Origin: Schizochytrium sp. TIO01 | Taxonomy: Eukaryota > Protista > Bigyra: Labyrinthulomycetes | Assembly (NCBI GenBank): GCA_004764695.1 | Contig: SMSO01000007.1 | Coordinates: 124,001 to 188,000, forward strand | Reading direction: 5' to 3' | DNA: 64,000 bases | Part shown: one piece after another, positions 24,024 through 36,083 of the stretch | Layout of the letters: each line of letters starts with the position of its first letter | Numbering within the stretch: the stretch's first letter is position 1 | Notes under the pieces: model-generated | Seen by the model: the letters and a program-made list of their open reading frames with translations, nothing else | The model's database searches: none | What the model was told of the DNA's origin: nothing | Translations under genes and position numbers: made by a program

Positions 24024-25097
24024 ATGAACTCTGCGTTCAGCGGCGGTTATAAGAAGTTATCTGCAGGCCCAGTGGCTGAGGAAGACTTGGAGCGGCCCAA
24101 CACAGAAGACAAGCATGCTGCTGAGCAGGTTCCAGATGCTGTAGCAATTCCGCATGCGCAATTCTTACATTCTGAGGAGCGAAGAAGGAGGAATAATGTT
24201 GTCCGCACCACCGCTAAAATGGAGAATCCAGTGTGGTACATTTTGAAAGCCGTCTTTATCTACATTCTTGTCTTTTTAGATGTTTTTCTCAACTCATCTG
24301 TCAACAGTGACAACTATGAAGGACTTGTAGACGGACGTCTGACAAATTTTTGGCCGTTCCTTTTTCTTATTGTACAAACTAGTGTTCAACTTTTCATTTT
24401 TCTTACATTATTTTTGATGATGTGCAACACCTACCTCATGCGCATCGGATTGCCTGGAGTCGTGCTCGCCGACTTTCGAGCTCTTATTATCGTACAAATT
24501 TTGTACCTAACTCTCACTATGGTTCTTGGGATTATGCGCATCGTAAGTTATAAACACGTCAGACTCCACATTTGCAAGTATATGAAAAAAGAGGCCTGAC
24601 AAATTTATATATCTACATTTCTTTATTGATGGACATTAATCATGCCCTTTCCCCCAACCTCATCACAATTGTTATATATGTTATCTATTATTTGGGATTC
24701 ACCAACACTAACCACACCGTTTACATCTTATGAGGTACGTCTCGATTGAATTATCCGGTGTTGAGCAATTATCCCTTTTCTCGTAAAAAACAAAAACAAA
24801 AAACTCTTTGGGCTTGATCAAATTTATTCGGCTTCCATTTTTTGTGGAATTGGAGGTGGAATCATACTTGGTGGATTTGCTGCGGCAATTGCATGGATCT
24901 TCTTTTATGATACAAAGCTACGATTCCAAGAGGCTGCATCCACAAGCAACTTAAATCTGTGGGACATGCCGGGTTTTGTGGTTATGTTCGTAATCCAGAA
25001 TCTTGTAGCGGCATTCTACTACCATCAAGTACTATACTCTACATTTCGACTTGCGGACGAAAAGTACTATGTGGTTGATACAGCCGTTAAAAAGTAA
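24024..25097 (+). CDS. TMEM138: TMEM138-like ciliary membrane protein; exons 24024-24542 and 24918-25097
   Basis: FLDVFLNS, FLMMCNTYLMRIGL and spliced IMRI|LRF...W...IQNLVAAFYY...RLADEKYY parallel TMEM138 (DLFVNS, FLMFFNTFVFQAGL, FQRLAAVLY...RLGDPHFY); donor GTAAGT at 24543; start codon and acceptor choice uncertain. Confidence 0.75.
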
Positions 25098-27015
25098 GCT
25101 CAACATAGTAATCCTCTTTGTTCTGAATTGTTTCATTCCGTGCATGGCGATACGCAGCGTATATGGCGTCTTCGCGCTCGTCATCTGCATCATCATTTTC
25201 GCAATCTTCCTCATCTTCAAGGAGGTTAAAGTCATCCTCCTCCTCCTCTTCTTCGAGAATTGTGTACTCAGAGTACTCAGAGAGGCCTCCTGTAGACTTA
25301 AATGAGTCTCCGTGACCGACCAGATGCCCAACATGCATTAAGCTTTCTTCGGAAGCTGCTGCGAGTGACATTCGTTTGGTGCTGCTGCCCTTGAACGAGG
25401 CTTTGAAGGAGCCAAACAGTGACTTGGCGCCATCACTCGTCTTATGCTTAACTCTCATACAAAAGGAGGAGCGACTTTTATCTTGAAGCTCAAATTCTGC
25501 GCCTTGACGACTTTGTAAGTTACGTGCATCGTAAGACTTGGGCCGACACTTGGTTGGTTCATTCACTGTAGTCGCACCACCCCCACTGGAGTTTCGAGAG
25601 TGCCGAGATGTGGCGGCACCACCACCAGAGCTTTGCTGATCAGATCCACCAAAGTACATGGCAAACCTCTTGAAATCAAGCGCACTGCGATTATTGGCAC
25701 GTCCTCTTTGAGATGCAAGTGTTCCTACGCGAACGCCAGGCATAGCAGGCTCCATAGTGTCAACCCCAGCGGAGTCTGGTAATGTTGTTCTTGACATCGG
25801 GGAAGCTTTAAAGCCTATTTCAGGCGACGTCGGAGGGTGAGCCGGGGAGCCACTTCTGGAGGTTGAGGTTGATGCTGGTGATAGATTTGAAGACATCATG
25901 GGCGACATGGATGTGAAGGTCTGATCTGTGTCCTTGCTAGCTTTGCTAGTGTTAGACGACCTTGTCAAGGACAGCCGTTTACTTCTGCGGCGTGAAGTCT
26001 TGATATCGGAGACAGACATTTCAAAGCTGTCATCCTTGTTCTTATTTGATTGTGAACCAAACACGTCTGTTACAGACACTACAAAATGTTTGCTCATACC
26101 AAGCACCGAGCGTCGCCGCTCTTTAGGCTGTGAAACACCGCCTGTCTTCATCGGTTTGACCTTTTTGACACGCTTCTTTACCTTTCGAACACGAATTGTG
26201 CGTGCACCATCGGCTGATGTTCGAGTCTCTGTGGTAGTAATCAGAGTCGCATCAAGATTGTCTGCATTTGATTCTGCAGGTTTCGGTTTGCGAGCAATTG
26301 ACTTGCGTAACTTTGTTGCTACAGTTTGTAGCATTGGCTTTCGTCTCTGCCGATGAGGTTTGCTGGTGCTGTCTGAAATATCTTCACAAGCGTCTACTGC
26401 TTTATTGGTTGGTATAGGCTTGTGCGCCTGCTTCTTTACCACTTTCTGAGGCGATATATGAACATCCGAATGAACGCGCTCACTAACAGCATCGTCTTCC
26501 TTGACCGGGGCCTCAGAGACAAAGCTTTCAGATGCTGAGGATGGCTCTCGTCGATGCCAAGTTGTGCTGCATTGCCCTCGCTCCTCTTCGAGACGTGCTC
26601 GGATTTCCTCTTGTGCTTCTGCAATAGATCCAGGCTTGCCAGCCGCAATAGCTTCTTGGCGGGCATTCTCACGAACGATATCGATCCAGCTTGGATCAAT
26701 TTCAGCCAAAGGTAAATCGCTCGGAGGAGGAAATGGGTCACGGAGACGTGCACCCCAGATAGCTGCAGTCATCAAGTCGCTTATGGCTACAGATTGATTA
26801 AAGTAGAGTCCAACATGGTCCTCCGTTGCTCCACTAACCCGCCGGAGTAGATCTACTGCGCGAATATTACGCTCCATGCGAGATACGCGCTCTCGCACAG
26901 AAACATGTCGTTCCTTGAGAACAGTATGTAAGAGCTTACGTTCTGCAGCGACGTCCAAGACCTTGAACGAAACGCCACCACTCGGCTTTTTTACAAGCAT
27001 CGGAGATGGTGGCAT
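25087..27015 (-). CDS. Hypothetical protein (642 aa): helical N-terminal part, S/K/R-rich disordered middle, acidic C-terminus
   Basis: 1.9-kb uninterrupted ORF with ATG start; no recognised domain. Confidence 0.75.
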   Translation of the reverse strand: MPPSPMLVKKPSGGVSFKVLDVAAERKLLHTVLKERHVSVRERVSRMERNIRAVDLLRRVSGATEDHVGLYFNQSVAISDLMTAAIWGARLRDPFPPPSDLPLAEIDPSWIDIVRENARQEAIAAGKPGSIAEAQEEIRARLEEERGQCSTTWHRREPSSASESFVSEAPVKEDDAVSERVHSDVHISPQKVVKKQAHKPIPTNKAVDACEDISDSTSKPHRQRRKPMLQTVATKLRKSIARKPKPAESNADNLDATLITTTETRTSADGARTIRVRKVKKRVKKVKPMKTGGVSQPKERRRSVLGMSKHFVVSVTDVFGSQSNKNKDDSFEMSVSDIKTSRRRSKRLSLTRSSNTSKASKDTDQTFTSMSPMMSSNLSPASTSTSRSGSPAHPPTSPEIGFKASPMSRTTLPDSAGVDTMEPAMPGVRVGTLASQRGRANNRSALDFKRFAMYFGGSDQQSSGGGAATSRHSRNSSGGGATTVNEPTKCRPKSYDARNLQSRQGAEFELQDKSRSSFCMRVKHKTSDGAKSLFGSFKASFKGSSTKRMSLAAASEESLMHVGHLVGHGDSFKSTGGLSEYSEYTILEEEEEEDDFNLLEDEEDCENDDADDEREDAIYAAYRHARNETIQNKEDYYVELTF

Positions 27016-28200
27016 ATGGGCGAACTTTTAAGCGTTGCCAGCAAGCCCGATGCAAGAAAGAAATGTATTCCCGTGAGCTTGATCCTTGGATTACAGACTG
27101 CTCTTCTGTAGACAGTTTCCTTGTAACTACGAAGAACAAAAGATTTGAAGTGCCCTCCTTTCTGTACGTAACAGTTATGTTTCTCTAGTTCCAAAGAAAT
27201 TCGAGCCCTCCTGCGCCCAAACTCAACGCCACGCGTTCTGATTTGCCTTCTTCGCAGCAGAGCCTTAGTTGCTTACAACCTCGCTGCTCGTGTACCTTGT
27301 GCAGATTTGTGTGCAACTTCGTACAGCCCAAACAGGGAAGCTTTCGGGCAAGCCGACTTGGTGAACTAGCCGATCAGCACGCGACCTCGTGCGAGCTGTC
27401 TTCTTGCAGGTTACGGGCTTCAAAATTTCACGCGAGTTTGTTGCCCTGTCGCTGATTCGCAGGTCCTTGGACCTAGGCTACGATTTGGCCCTCGCGTCCA
27501 GGCGCGCGATCTTGCCAAAAGCCGACACAAAGACTCTTCCGCAGTCCAAGCTAATGTTTTACTTTTCCAGTCTAGAGAAAGCTGGAGGAAACTTTAAGGG
27601 ATCACTGGCTGAGCCCCTTGTAGACTGATGCCCAAAGATTTAGTTCAACCCTCGTGATTTTCTTACAAAGCAGCGCAAGGCCTCTTTAATGCTCAGCTTT
27701 GATTCGTCTAGCAGCACTCTTTGCACACGCACGCTTCGCTTTGCCCCGCGAGGTGAAGCTGTCGCCCCAGGCAGCTTGCTGGGGCGTCGCGTGCCTCAGT
27801 TTGCTGTCAGGCGCGCTCGAAAACGTCCAGGCGTTGTATTTATCTATGGGCTTAGATCGTCTGTAATAATGAGAGTTGGGGACTTTGAGTTTCTCCCTAG
27901 GGAATTCCTGGCGGGCGGTCTAGAGGCGGTCTACTTTTGAGTACCCGAACGAAGTTCGTTCCTTCAAGCAGTGCTGAGCTTCTCGTCAGTGCATTCCCAG
28001 CCTGGTCTACGTCAGCCTGAACCGAGAAGCCTGCAACTCTTGTCGTTGGCAGAAAGCAAGCTTAACCTACGCACCTTGACTTTTCTGAGAGCTGTTGTAT
28101 AACAAGAGCGTTGTCTCTTGGCGCGGATATGCTGTATTTGGGCACCTATCGCTGCTCTGTAAATAAAAAGTGAGAACAAAGGAAGAAGTATAAGGGAGTT

Positions 28201-28460
28201 GAAAAGTCGCGAGATAGCAAAGTATACTTGAAATTAGAATACTTTGTTCAAACTTGAGCTTTACAAGGCTCCTAAATTCCCAAGTTGTATTCGTGCGGAT
28301 TGCAAAAGCTTGTCAAAATGACAGAATACAGCGGCAAACTCAAAAGCTTGGCTTGTGCTACTAACTGTCGTGGACAAAATAGGTAGAACTTGTTGACACG
28401 CAAGGCAGACCTGGCTCCCAGGTAATAGTACTGCAAAAACTGCTAGTTTGTCTGCAGAAG
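28201..28460 (+). pseudogene. Possible decayed protein-kinase fragment
   Basis: Frame from 28201 reads ...QT*ALQGS*IPKLYSCG...MTEYSG...ADLAPR**; resembles the LQG..IP.L motif of the 60-kb relic; no DFG found. Confidence 0.3.
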
Positions 28461-31190
28461 TTGAATACTTCTACAATGAAATTGTTTGGCTGAATGCCTT
28501 CAAATCTGCTGTCACTTTGTTGTTGGAAGGAACTTTTGAAGCGTCTTATCCTAGGGACTTTTGTCAGCCCCCAAAAGTCTCTTATCAAAGTCCCGAAGAG
28601 CCTCTGGCGTCCACCGCAAAACGGCGACACGAAGACAAGACGGCTAGCCAGACAGCCAGCGAGCCAGCCAGCCAGCCAGCAAGCAAGCAACTATGCTATC
28701 GGTGTATCCCAGAGCTATAACCTAGGTGTAGACTGGTCTTGCCAGGCCTAGTTTATGGTTTCGCTCGTGCTGGCGACGACAATTCACTCAATGCTTGGCT
28801 GTAATTTAGAGTGCTCTTAAACAGCTGCTAACTAAAAAACCCATGAGGACAATGCCGAAAATTTCGCTGTTGGTCTGCTGTTTTCTATTTCGTTGCTGAC
28901 GGCATAGGATAATAAATCACTATCATGTGTGGTCAGCTCCTCTACGATCGTGTCAAAGAGACCCGACCCCAGGGCGTCGTTTTAAAATAAGGACCACCTT
29001 TCCTTAGTTCGGCAAGGACCTCCACCACTTCGCTCGTTACTTCTACCTCGTCTAGGACAGATCACATGCACGACAGGTTCATGTCCTCCCTGCCGGCCCC
29101 AGCTATGTAGTCTCAATCCTCGAAAACATCATGGACTGTCAATCATTTTCATTGTACTCCATCGTGTCGGTCTTCATAAAGTTCTTTACACTAACGTTCT
29201 CCTTCAGAATTTGTAGAGTTTCTTCCTAGAAAGAAGTTGCCTCAAAATAAACCCCCTTCGTAGCCAACACGTGGTAAACTCATCTCGTCTTACGAGACTT
29301 TCACAAGCTCCATCGCACCTGTGCCAGCCTCAATTTAAAATCAACAGTACCACGTACGCACCATCCATACCTCTATTTCCCAGCCTTCAAGACTCTGTTC
29401 TTTCGCTGACGGACGAATTCGCCAGCTCTTTCAAGTCTTTCTCATCTCCTGCTCAAAATTGGTGTGTCCCCATAATGTCCTCGCACACACTTATCGCACA
29501 CCCTGGTCCACCCTTCGGCGGACTATGATCCGCTTATCCGCCTTAAATCCACTTATTAATAATAACTAAGTCCAGTACAGTCCTATGCTACAAAGGAGGA
29601 TATAAGGCGGAAAGGCTCAGGCATAGCGTCCCTTGTACAGGCCACCGCGCGTGCAGGGAATGGGGGGAAATAGGGCGCAAGCCCAGTTCACTTTGGGTCC
29701 ACGCGCCGCATGTGCGCAAACTGATCTTGTTGGAAAAGCTCGCAGTGGATTCTTTGAGCGAGGGAGCTGTCCACCTAGCGAGGTATTCACTTTTCGGAGT
29801 TTTTGATCCGCTGCTGGTTGTGTTTGGCAGAAGCGTAAGTACGCCAAGCGGGTGCGTAAGTACCTAGGCAATCAGGGAAGCTCATTGCTGTGCATCGCGT
29901 GCGTTTCTCGTGTTGGGAGAAGGAGCTTACTTCCCTCACTTCTATAAAACTTGAACTAGATAGCACTTCCCCCACCTACAACTTCCTCGTTCTCTACGAC
30001 AGACAATCCTGAAGGTGCAAACTGAAGAGAAACGGTGCAAACGGGCAGTCTAGCGCCGTCGTACCTTCCGCGCAGAGCCGTCACACCAGCCGCCAGACTC
30101 CAAGTTGTGCATTGAACCTCCCTCGATCATCCTTTATTAATTGCATCGCTTACACAGCCAAAGTCAATCTAGGCCACGTCGCGAAAACATATGTCATAGA
30201 ATACACCTCAAAAATAGTTGTTAAAACCGGCTCAGTTTGCACTGTGCAACCTAACAGCGCGAGAAGCACGCAGAGACGCGCATTCAAAACAAGATCGTGG
30301 TGGAAGCCAAGGACCTTTCGGGGGGAGGGGGCGTGGTGGAGCTGCTATAGGACAACAAACGATTGAGGTCACGAAGGAGCTCTCAAGTATTCGCGAACGG
30401 GGCGCCGGAGCTTTCGGTCAACAGCAAACGAACTACTTGTGCTGGTTTTATTTAGAAGAGATTACCAGGTAGTAGCAGAGTGTAGTTCTGCACAAGTCGG
30501 GTCTGAGGGAGGGAGCGTAGGTACGAGGTTGAGGGGCCTCGTTGGGGCTATTGCCTGCGGAGTCAAGACTGCGATCGCTGGTTGATCCTGTGTAGCATTC
30601 TCAGTCTCGGAGTCCTGTTGATATCAGTTCTCAGGGCCGTCGCCAGGAACGGTGGCTGCCGATTGCCAAGCCAAACTTATCTTCCCTCGTGCATACTCGG
30701 ACACCAGATCGCTCATTCGAAATTCCTTCCAGATTTCTGCAGAATACAGGGTACTCTACTTGCGCGTGTTTTCATCCAACAAACACAGAACCACTCGGAC
30801 AAAAGACGTTTCGACCTTGCACGTGCTGAATATTGATTGCAAACAAAGCCTCGCCAATTGAGACCTGTAAGGAGCTTTTGCGCGTAAAATTATTTGTTGA
30901 ACGTGTGCGACTACGGGAGTGGTCGATTTGGAGCAGACGCTCCTGGGCGCGTGGCAGTGCCCGACTTGGGAGTAGTAGTACCTAGTGGTGTACATCGAAT
31001 TCGACGCTTTGCTAAGAGTCAGTGCTACAGGATTGCTTCCTCTTCCATATTCACAACCAACGCCTCGAGTGTCATTGCAGTATCACCAGTTTGGACTCCA
31101 GCAAAACCCCTTTAAGACAGTGCGGCCTCTCATAAAGGTTTGGTACAGTATCGTATACAACAAGGTCGTGAATAAGAGAAGAAGCGACCC

Positions 31191-33634
31191 ATGTCGTCCT
31201 TTTTCAGAGACAAACTTCGTGGCACACGCAAGGATGATGCGTCAAGCGCGTCTTCGGCTGCTGCTCGTGAGCAGCTGTCTCTGCAGGAACTGCATTATCG
31301 CCACACCCACCCGCACAGGCGAAGCAGGACGAGAAAGAATCAGGTTGGCAATGCACGCAAATACGAAGCTGTCGCGGGCGCCCAGAGTTCAGTAAACCTC
31401 GAGCATGCTTCATTGGTGGAGAGCATGGTCAAGTCATTAAACCATCTTAGTACAAAACAGGGTAGTGTATTGGACCATTACCGCATCGAAGAGGAGCTGG
31501 GCCGAGGATCTTTTGCACGTAAGTTTATGAAAAACCTAATTTGAAATATATCCAACTAACTTTGGAATCATTGGCAATGTGACTACTGTACCAAACAACA
31601 ACAGGTGTATTTCGTGGCATTCGCAAGACCAGTGGTAAAGAAGTGGCGATCAAAGTCGTCAGCTTAAAGGCTATTGCAGATCGCGCCGTGCAAGAAAACG
31701 AAGCTAAAGTACGCCGCATGCAAAAGGCTTTTCAACCAATTCCTGCCGAGGATCAAATGTCAAAGGAGGAAGTTGAGAAAGCCGCTACAGAGCGTGTGAT
31801 TGCTATTATGCAAAGCGAAATTGAAGTCATGCGACGTATCTTAAAAATCCCCCCTCGGAAGAAGAAAAACATTGTGGATCTACATGATATCTTTATCGAT
31901 GACAAGCGGATTGCCCTTGTGATGGACTTGCTTAAAGGTGGAGAACTCTTTGACAGGATCGTAGAACGTAAGCACTACACTGAAAAGGATGCAGCCTACC
32001 ACTTTCGACGCATCATGCGAGCAATCAAAACTTTGCACGCAAATGGGATCATTCATCGAGATCTCAAGCCCGAAAATTTTGTTTTTCAGTCTCCTGAGGA
32101 GAACTCGCAAATTAAAATCACAGACTTTGGCCTCGCTATGCTTGAGGGCCAGCCTGACATTCATGCCAATGCGATTGTTGGAAGCCCTGGCTACATTGCA
32201 CCGGAAGTTCTCGAGCGGAAAGAGTATGGCCCTGAGTGTGACGTGTGGAGCATGGGTGTTATTTTGTATATTCTTTTTGTTGGAGGCCCCCCTTTCCACG
32301 GGCGCAATGACCATGAGATTTACCGATCAATTCGCAAAGGTAAATTTCGTTACCCCCGAAACTGCAAAGTCAGCTCGCTGGCTCGTGATCTGGTTGCGAA
32401 AATGTTGGTTGTTGACCCGAAGTACCGCATTACTGTGAACGGAGTGCTCAACCACCCCTGGCTCATCCAGCGTGCTGCCCAGCAAGATGTGAGCGTAGCG
32501 ATTACTCGTTTACAGCAATTCAATGCTAGTCGGAAACTAAAGGCCGTCACGACAGCGCTTGCATGGGGTGCACGTAGTGGCTTGAGACGCGATTTGTATA
32601 AGATCCTGGAAGGAACGGATAGAGCTGCTGGTTTCTCTGGCGAGGAGCTCGTAAATATCCGTGACACTCTCTTTGAGCTCAAGCCTCAGCGCACTATTAA
32701 CCGTCAGCAATTTGTGAATGCTATGCAGGATCTTGGATACGGCACTCTGCCTCTGGAAGACATTTATGATTTATTTGACGGGGCAAGTAATGACTCAGCG
32801 GACATTGTGGAGATTCTTGTTGGACTATCTACTGCGGCATCGACGTGGAATGGCTCGTCCCAAATTCGTTTCTGTTTTGCTCTGTATGACCGTGATGGAA
32901 CTGGCCGGGTTACTCTAAGTGACATGGGACGTGTTTTCCGTGTCGTAGCCAGTGAAATGGAAATGTCTGTGGTCAATCGTTTTGGTGCTATGATGGATGC
33001 CTGGAGACCCAATCAAGCCGTAACATATGATGAGCTAGAGAACCAACTTCGTCAGTCTGCGGGGGGCGAGCTTCAGGAACAGCTTGAGACACGCACACTA
33101 GGCCAAATGGCTGATGTATCCAATAGTGCACCTGCCCCACAGATCAATGCTGGTGATACTCGTGAGATTGATGACGAGGAGGAGCGTGTTTTGGCTGCAA
33201 AATACAAGCATGATGACGACGATGGTACTACAGATAATGAGGATGATGAGGATGATGGGGATCGTGGTGATAGTTACCACCTGACACACATTCAGCAAGG
33301 TCATCACGAAAGACATCGACGATCGACGCGCCATACCCGCAGTGACTCTAGCGATGATGATGACGACGGTGGAGATCTTGTGGGATTTGAAGAGCTTGAT
33401 GGCGAAGATGATGATTCATATGAGGTTGCATCAGATGATGACGTTTTGAACAGGCCAAATCCAAGTCGGGTCGCCAAACGGGACATCGCACAACATCGTG
33501 GATCCTACAGTCGTCACCGCCAAAGTACACGTAGCTCACTTGACGAGGAATCAGAAGGTGCAGGCACCCGGGCTTCATTATCGAGTCGCCTTATGCGGCG
33601 TCTCAGTTCTGCTAGTGGCAGGAAACACACGTAA
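31191..33634 (+). CDS. Ca2+/calmodulin-dependent kinase with CaM-binding segment and visinin-like EF-hand domain (CCaMK/DMI3-like, 785 aa); exons 31191-31518 and 31605-33634
   Basis: LGRGSFA, VAIK, EIEVMRRI, GGELFDRIV, HRDLKPEN, DFGLA, RLQQFNASRKLK, EF-like IYDLFDG...EILVGLS and FCFALYDRDGTGRVT; 86-nt GT-AG intron; acidic tail. Confidence 0.88.
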
Positions 33635-34052
33635 CGCTCAGGTGTGATGATTCAGATGTTAAAATATAGCTTCTATTGCAAAAGTCATTTTGCCCAAGGC
33701 TCAAAGCCAGCTAATATTTGTTGCAACACTCACTGTGTCAACCGGTGATTAGAGTCTCCATTTTGCTCATCTCAGAACACAGGTGTGGAATGCATAATTG
33801 TGCACGTGCAACCTTACTCCAGGTGGAGGCGGGAACTCTGCTCCCAGCTTCTTGGAAAACTCATGCGCTACCCCCTCAAGACTCTGTTCAAGCTGTACCC
33901 TGTACTGAGAGTGAGAACTTCGGTTCTGTTTGTGCTATTCTTTCTCTTTTGTCCTATTTGTTTCTTTGAAAGAGCTTTTCGAATTGTTATGATATAATAA
34001 AGAAGTGAACTTGTGTTCTGGCTTAAATTTATCTCAACTTGACATAGTTTAC

Positions 34053-36083
34053 TTACTTAAGATCTGAAAAATCTAGCACTTGGTCGTGAAGGCTTGTCAC
34101 TACATCCCGATGCGAGATGGTAACCATTGTAATACCTAATGATTGAATGCAGTATGCGAAGAACTCATGCTCAAAATCTGCGGTACACGAACCTGTACAT
34201 TCATCAGCAAAACAAAAGATGGGTTTTCGCACAATTACGCGTGCGCAAGCAATACGCTGCTGCTCCCCAGCAGACAGAGCATCAATATTGCAAGGTAAGT
34301 CTAAGTCAGAAGCATACCTAGACATGCCAACGCGTTCGAGAGCTGTCTTTAAGACTTGGTCATGTACGTGCTCTTCCATATACGGGTAAAGTAGCTGCTC
34401 ACGAAAGGAGGCAAATTGTAAAAGGTAAGGGCGTTGAGTGAGAAACATCGTATCTGATGTGCTAACATTTGACGTGACTGTGCCTTGCTGCGGATCCCAG
34501 ATACCCCGCAGAACACGATTAAGAGAAGTCTTGCCAGCCCCATTTCGACCTCTCACAAAAACACTTTTCCCTTGCGTGAATTGATACGAAAATTTGTCTA
34601 GAATAGTAGTTCCTGAAATTTCGATCGCAAGGTCCTTCACTTGAATTAGCCCCCTTGTTTCACCTTGAAGAATGCGCTCACGCGTCTGCCGGCGGGCAGC
34701 GGCATCTCCAGCGGCTTGTTGAGGCGACTTTACCTTTTTGATGTCACATGGTAGATCACTAGACGCACAAGGGAGCCTACTCATTGACAAAAGCTCCATA
34801 ACTCGCACAGCAAGCCCACGTGTTGCAGCCCATGCTCGGAAAGCGAGTGCGACATCCTTAAAAGCACTCATCAAGTTTACTAGTAAGTGCAAGCAAGTCA
34901 AGAAAAACTCGGTTGGATCGTCGACCTCTTTAGGATTGCTTAATGCTGGAGTCATCATTCCAAGCGCAGCAAGAATGCCCATGTATCGAACAACATAACC
35001 ATCCAACGCATTGGACGCAAATCGTTGCGCACTGTAAATCATTTTAGACCTTGACATCCTTAAGAAACGGGTCTGCAAACGCGAGGCCTCAGTCTCCTCG
35101 CCTTGGGCAAACTGAACTTCTTCAACATATTCCTTCAACCTGGAATGCGCTGAGCGGAATTCGCCTTCTTGTTGCTGTGCCTGGGCCGCCTGTGTCGTTA
35201 AAGATGGTGTTACCATACGAGTCCAGGAACCTGCAAGAGCAAAATAGAGGTAGCACATGAGTAGCGGACGAACACCCATAAGACGCATAAGAGTTGCTGA
35301 TAGGATGGTTGTTTCTGCAACCGGCTTGAACGCAGATTGTGTCATTGTGGCAAGCTCCTCCGCGAGTCGGGCTGTATCAGAAGCAGCCCGTTGATCATGG
35401 TCATCCAGTTGTTGCGAGGCACGGCCAATGACGCCAGGCAAAGCAAATGAAGCATGTATGCGACGCAACAACGACTTCTGGATTGAAAGCGCCAATAAAC
35501 CTTGAACGAACTCCACCCAAGCATTGAGAAGTGCTCCTGGGATGGTCCATAAAGCGTAGTCGATCTGCGCGTCTGCAAGTTCTTTCCACTTACGCTGCGC
35601 CAGCAAACTTCCGAGAGACCCAATCTTTCGTGATACTTTGACTGAGACCCAAAGACGTGCGACTATGGCAATGAGCAGAAGTGCACCATGACTAAGAACA
35701 TGAGAATCTTGAGATAGAATCCTCAAAAGGTCTCTCAACGATGTCTTCTCGCAGCTTCGTTGATTTCCCCCCAGTGCCCCCTCGTCCATGCTCGTGACCA
35801 CTTCATCGTTATTAGAATTTAAATTCTGAGTCTTCAGCAATGGGGAAGTACTGCTGCAACGTTCATCGCTATTATGATCAGAGGGTCCCATGCTAGGATT
35901 ACCGTTCTCAATGTTGCTGTTTTTCACAGGGGAATTTTCTAAGTTTTTGTGAAGAATTCGACGACGCAAGTATGCATGCGAGGATACAACAGTCCCAATG
36001 AGTGCCCATGCGCCAAGAACGGCACGTCCTTTGGGCAGTTTGCTCCAATCCAGCAGTGATATCGGCGTCGTTTGCAGCTCCAT
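34053..36083 (-). CDS. ABC transporter subfamily D half-transporter (peroxisomal acyl-CoA importer-like)
   Basis: DQRAASD, EAA-like motif EGEFRSAHSRLKEYVEEVQF, Walker A GRNGAGKTS, signature LSAGEQQR, Walker B FADE, H-loop ISHR; probable ATG at 36083. Confidence 0.9.
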   Translation of the reverse strand: MELQTTPISLLDWSKLPKGRAVLGAWALIGTVVSSHAYLRRRILHKNLENSPVKNSNIENGNPSMGPSDHNSDERCSSTSPLLKTQNLNSNNDEVVTSMDEGALGGNQRSCEKTSLRDLLRILSQDSHVLSHGALLLIAIVARLWVSVKVSRKIGSLGSLLAQRKWKELADAQIDYALWTIPGALLNAWVEFVQGLLALSIQKSLLRRIHASFALPGVIGRASQQLDDHDQRAASDTARLAEELATMTQSAFKPVAETTILSATLMRLMGVRPLLMCYLYFALAGSWTRMVTPSLTTQAAQAQQQEGEFRSAHSRLKEYVEEVQFAQGEETEASRLQTRFLRMSRSKMIYSAQRFASNALDGYVVRYMGILAALGMMTPALSNPKEVDDPTEFFLTCLHLLVNLMSAFKDVALAFRAWAATRGLAVRVMELLSMSRLPCASSDLPCDIKKVKSPQQAAGDAAARRQTRERILQGETRGLIQVKDLAIEISGTTILDKFSYQFTQGKSVFVRGRNGAGKTSLNRVLRGIWDPQQGTVTSNVSTSDTMFLTQRPYLLQFASFREQLLYPYMEEHVHDQVLKTALERVGMSRYASDLDLPCNIDALSAGEQQRIACARVIVRKPIFCFADECTGSCTADFEHEFFAYCIQSLGITMVTISHRDVVTSLHDQVLDFSDLK

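Noticed and set aside
24597-24764. Selenocysteine or TGA = Trp readthrough of the TMEM138 intron
   Set aside because: There is a strong GTAAGT donor, direct splicing restores collinearity with TMEM138, no SECIS was recognised, and TGA is a normal stop in MTHFR and PP2C
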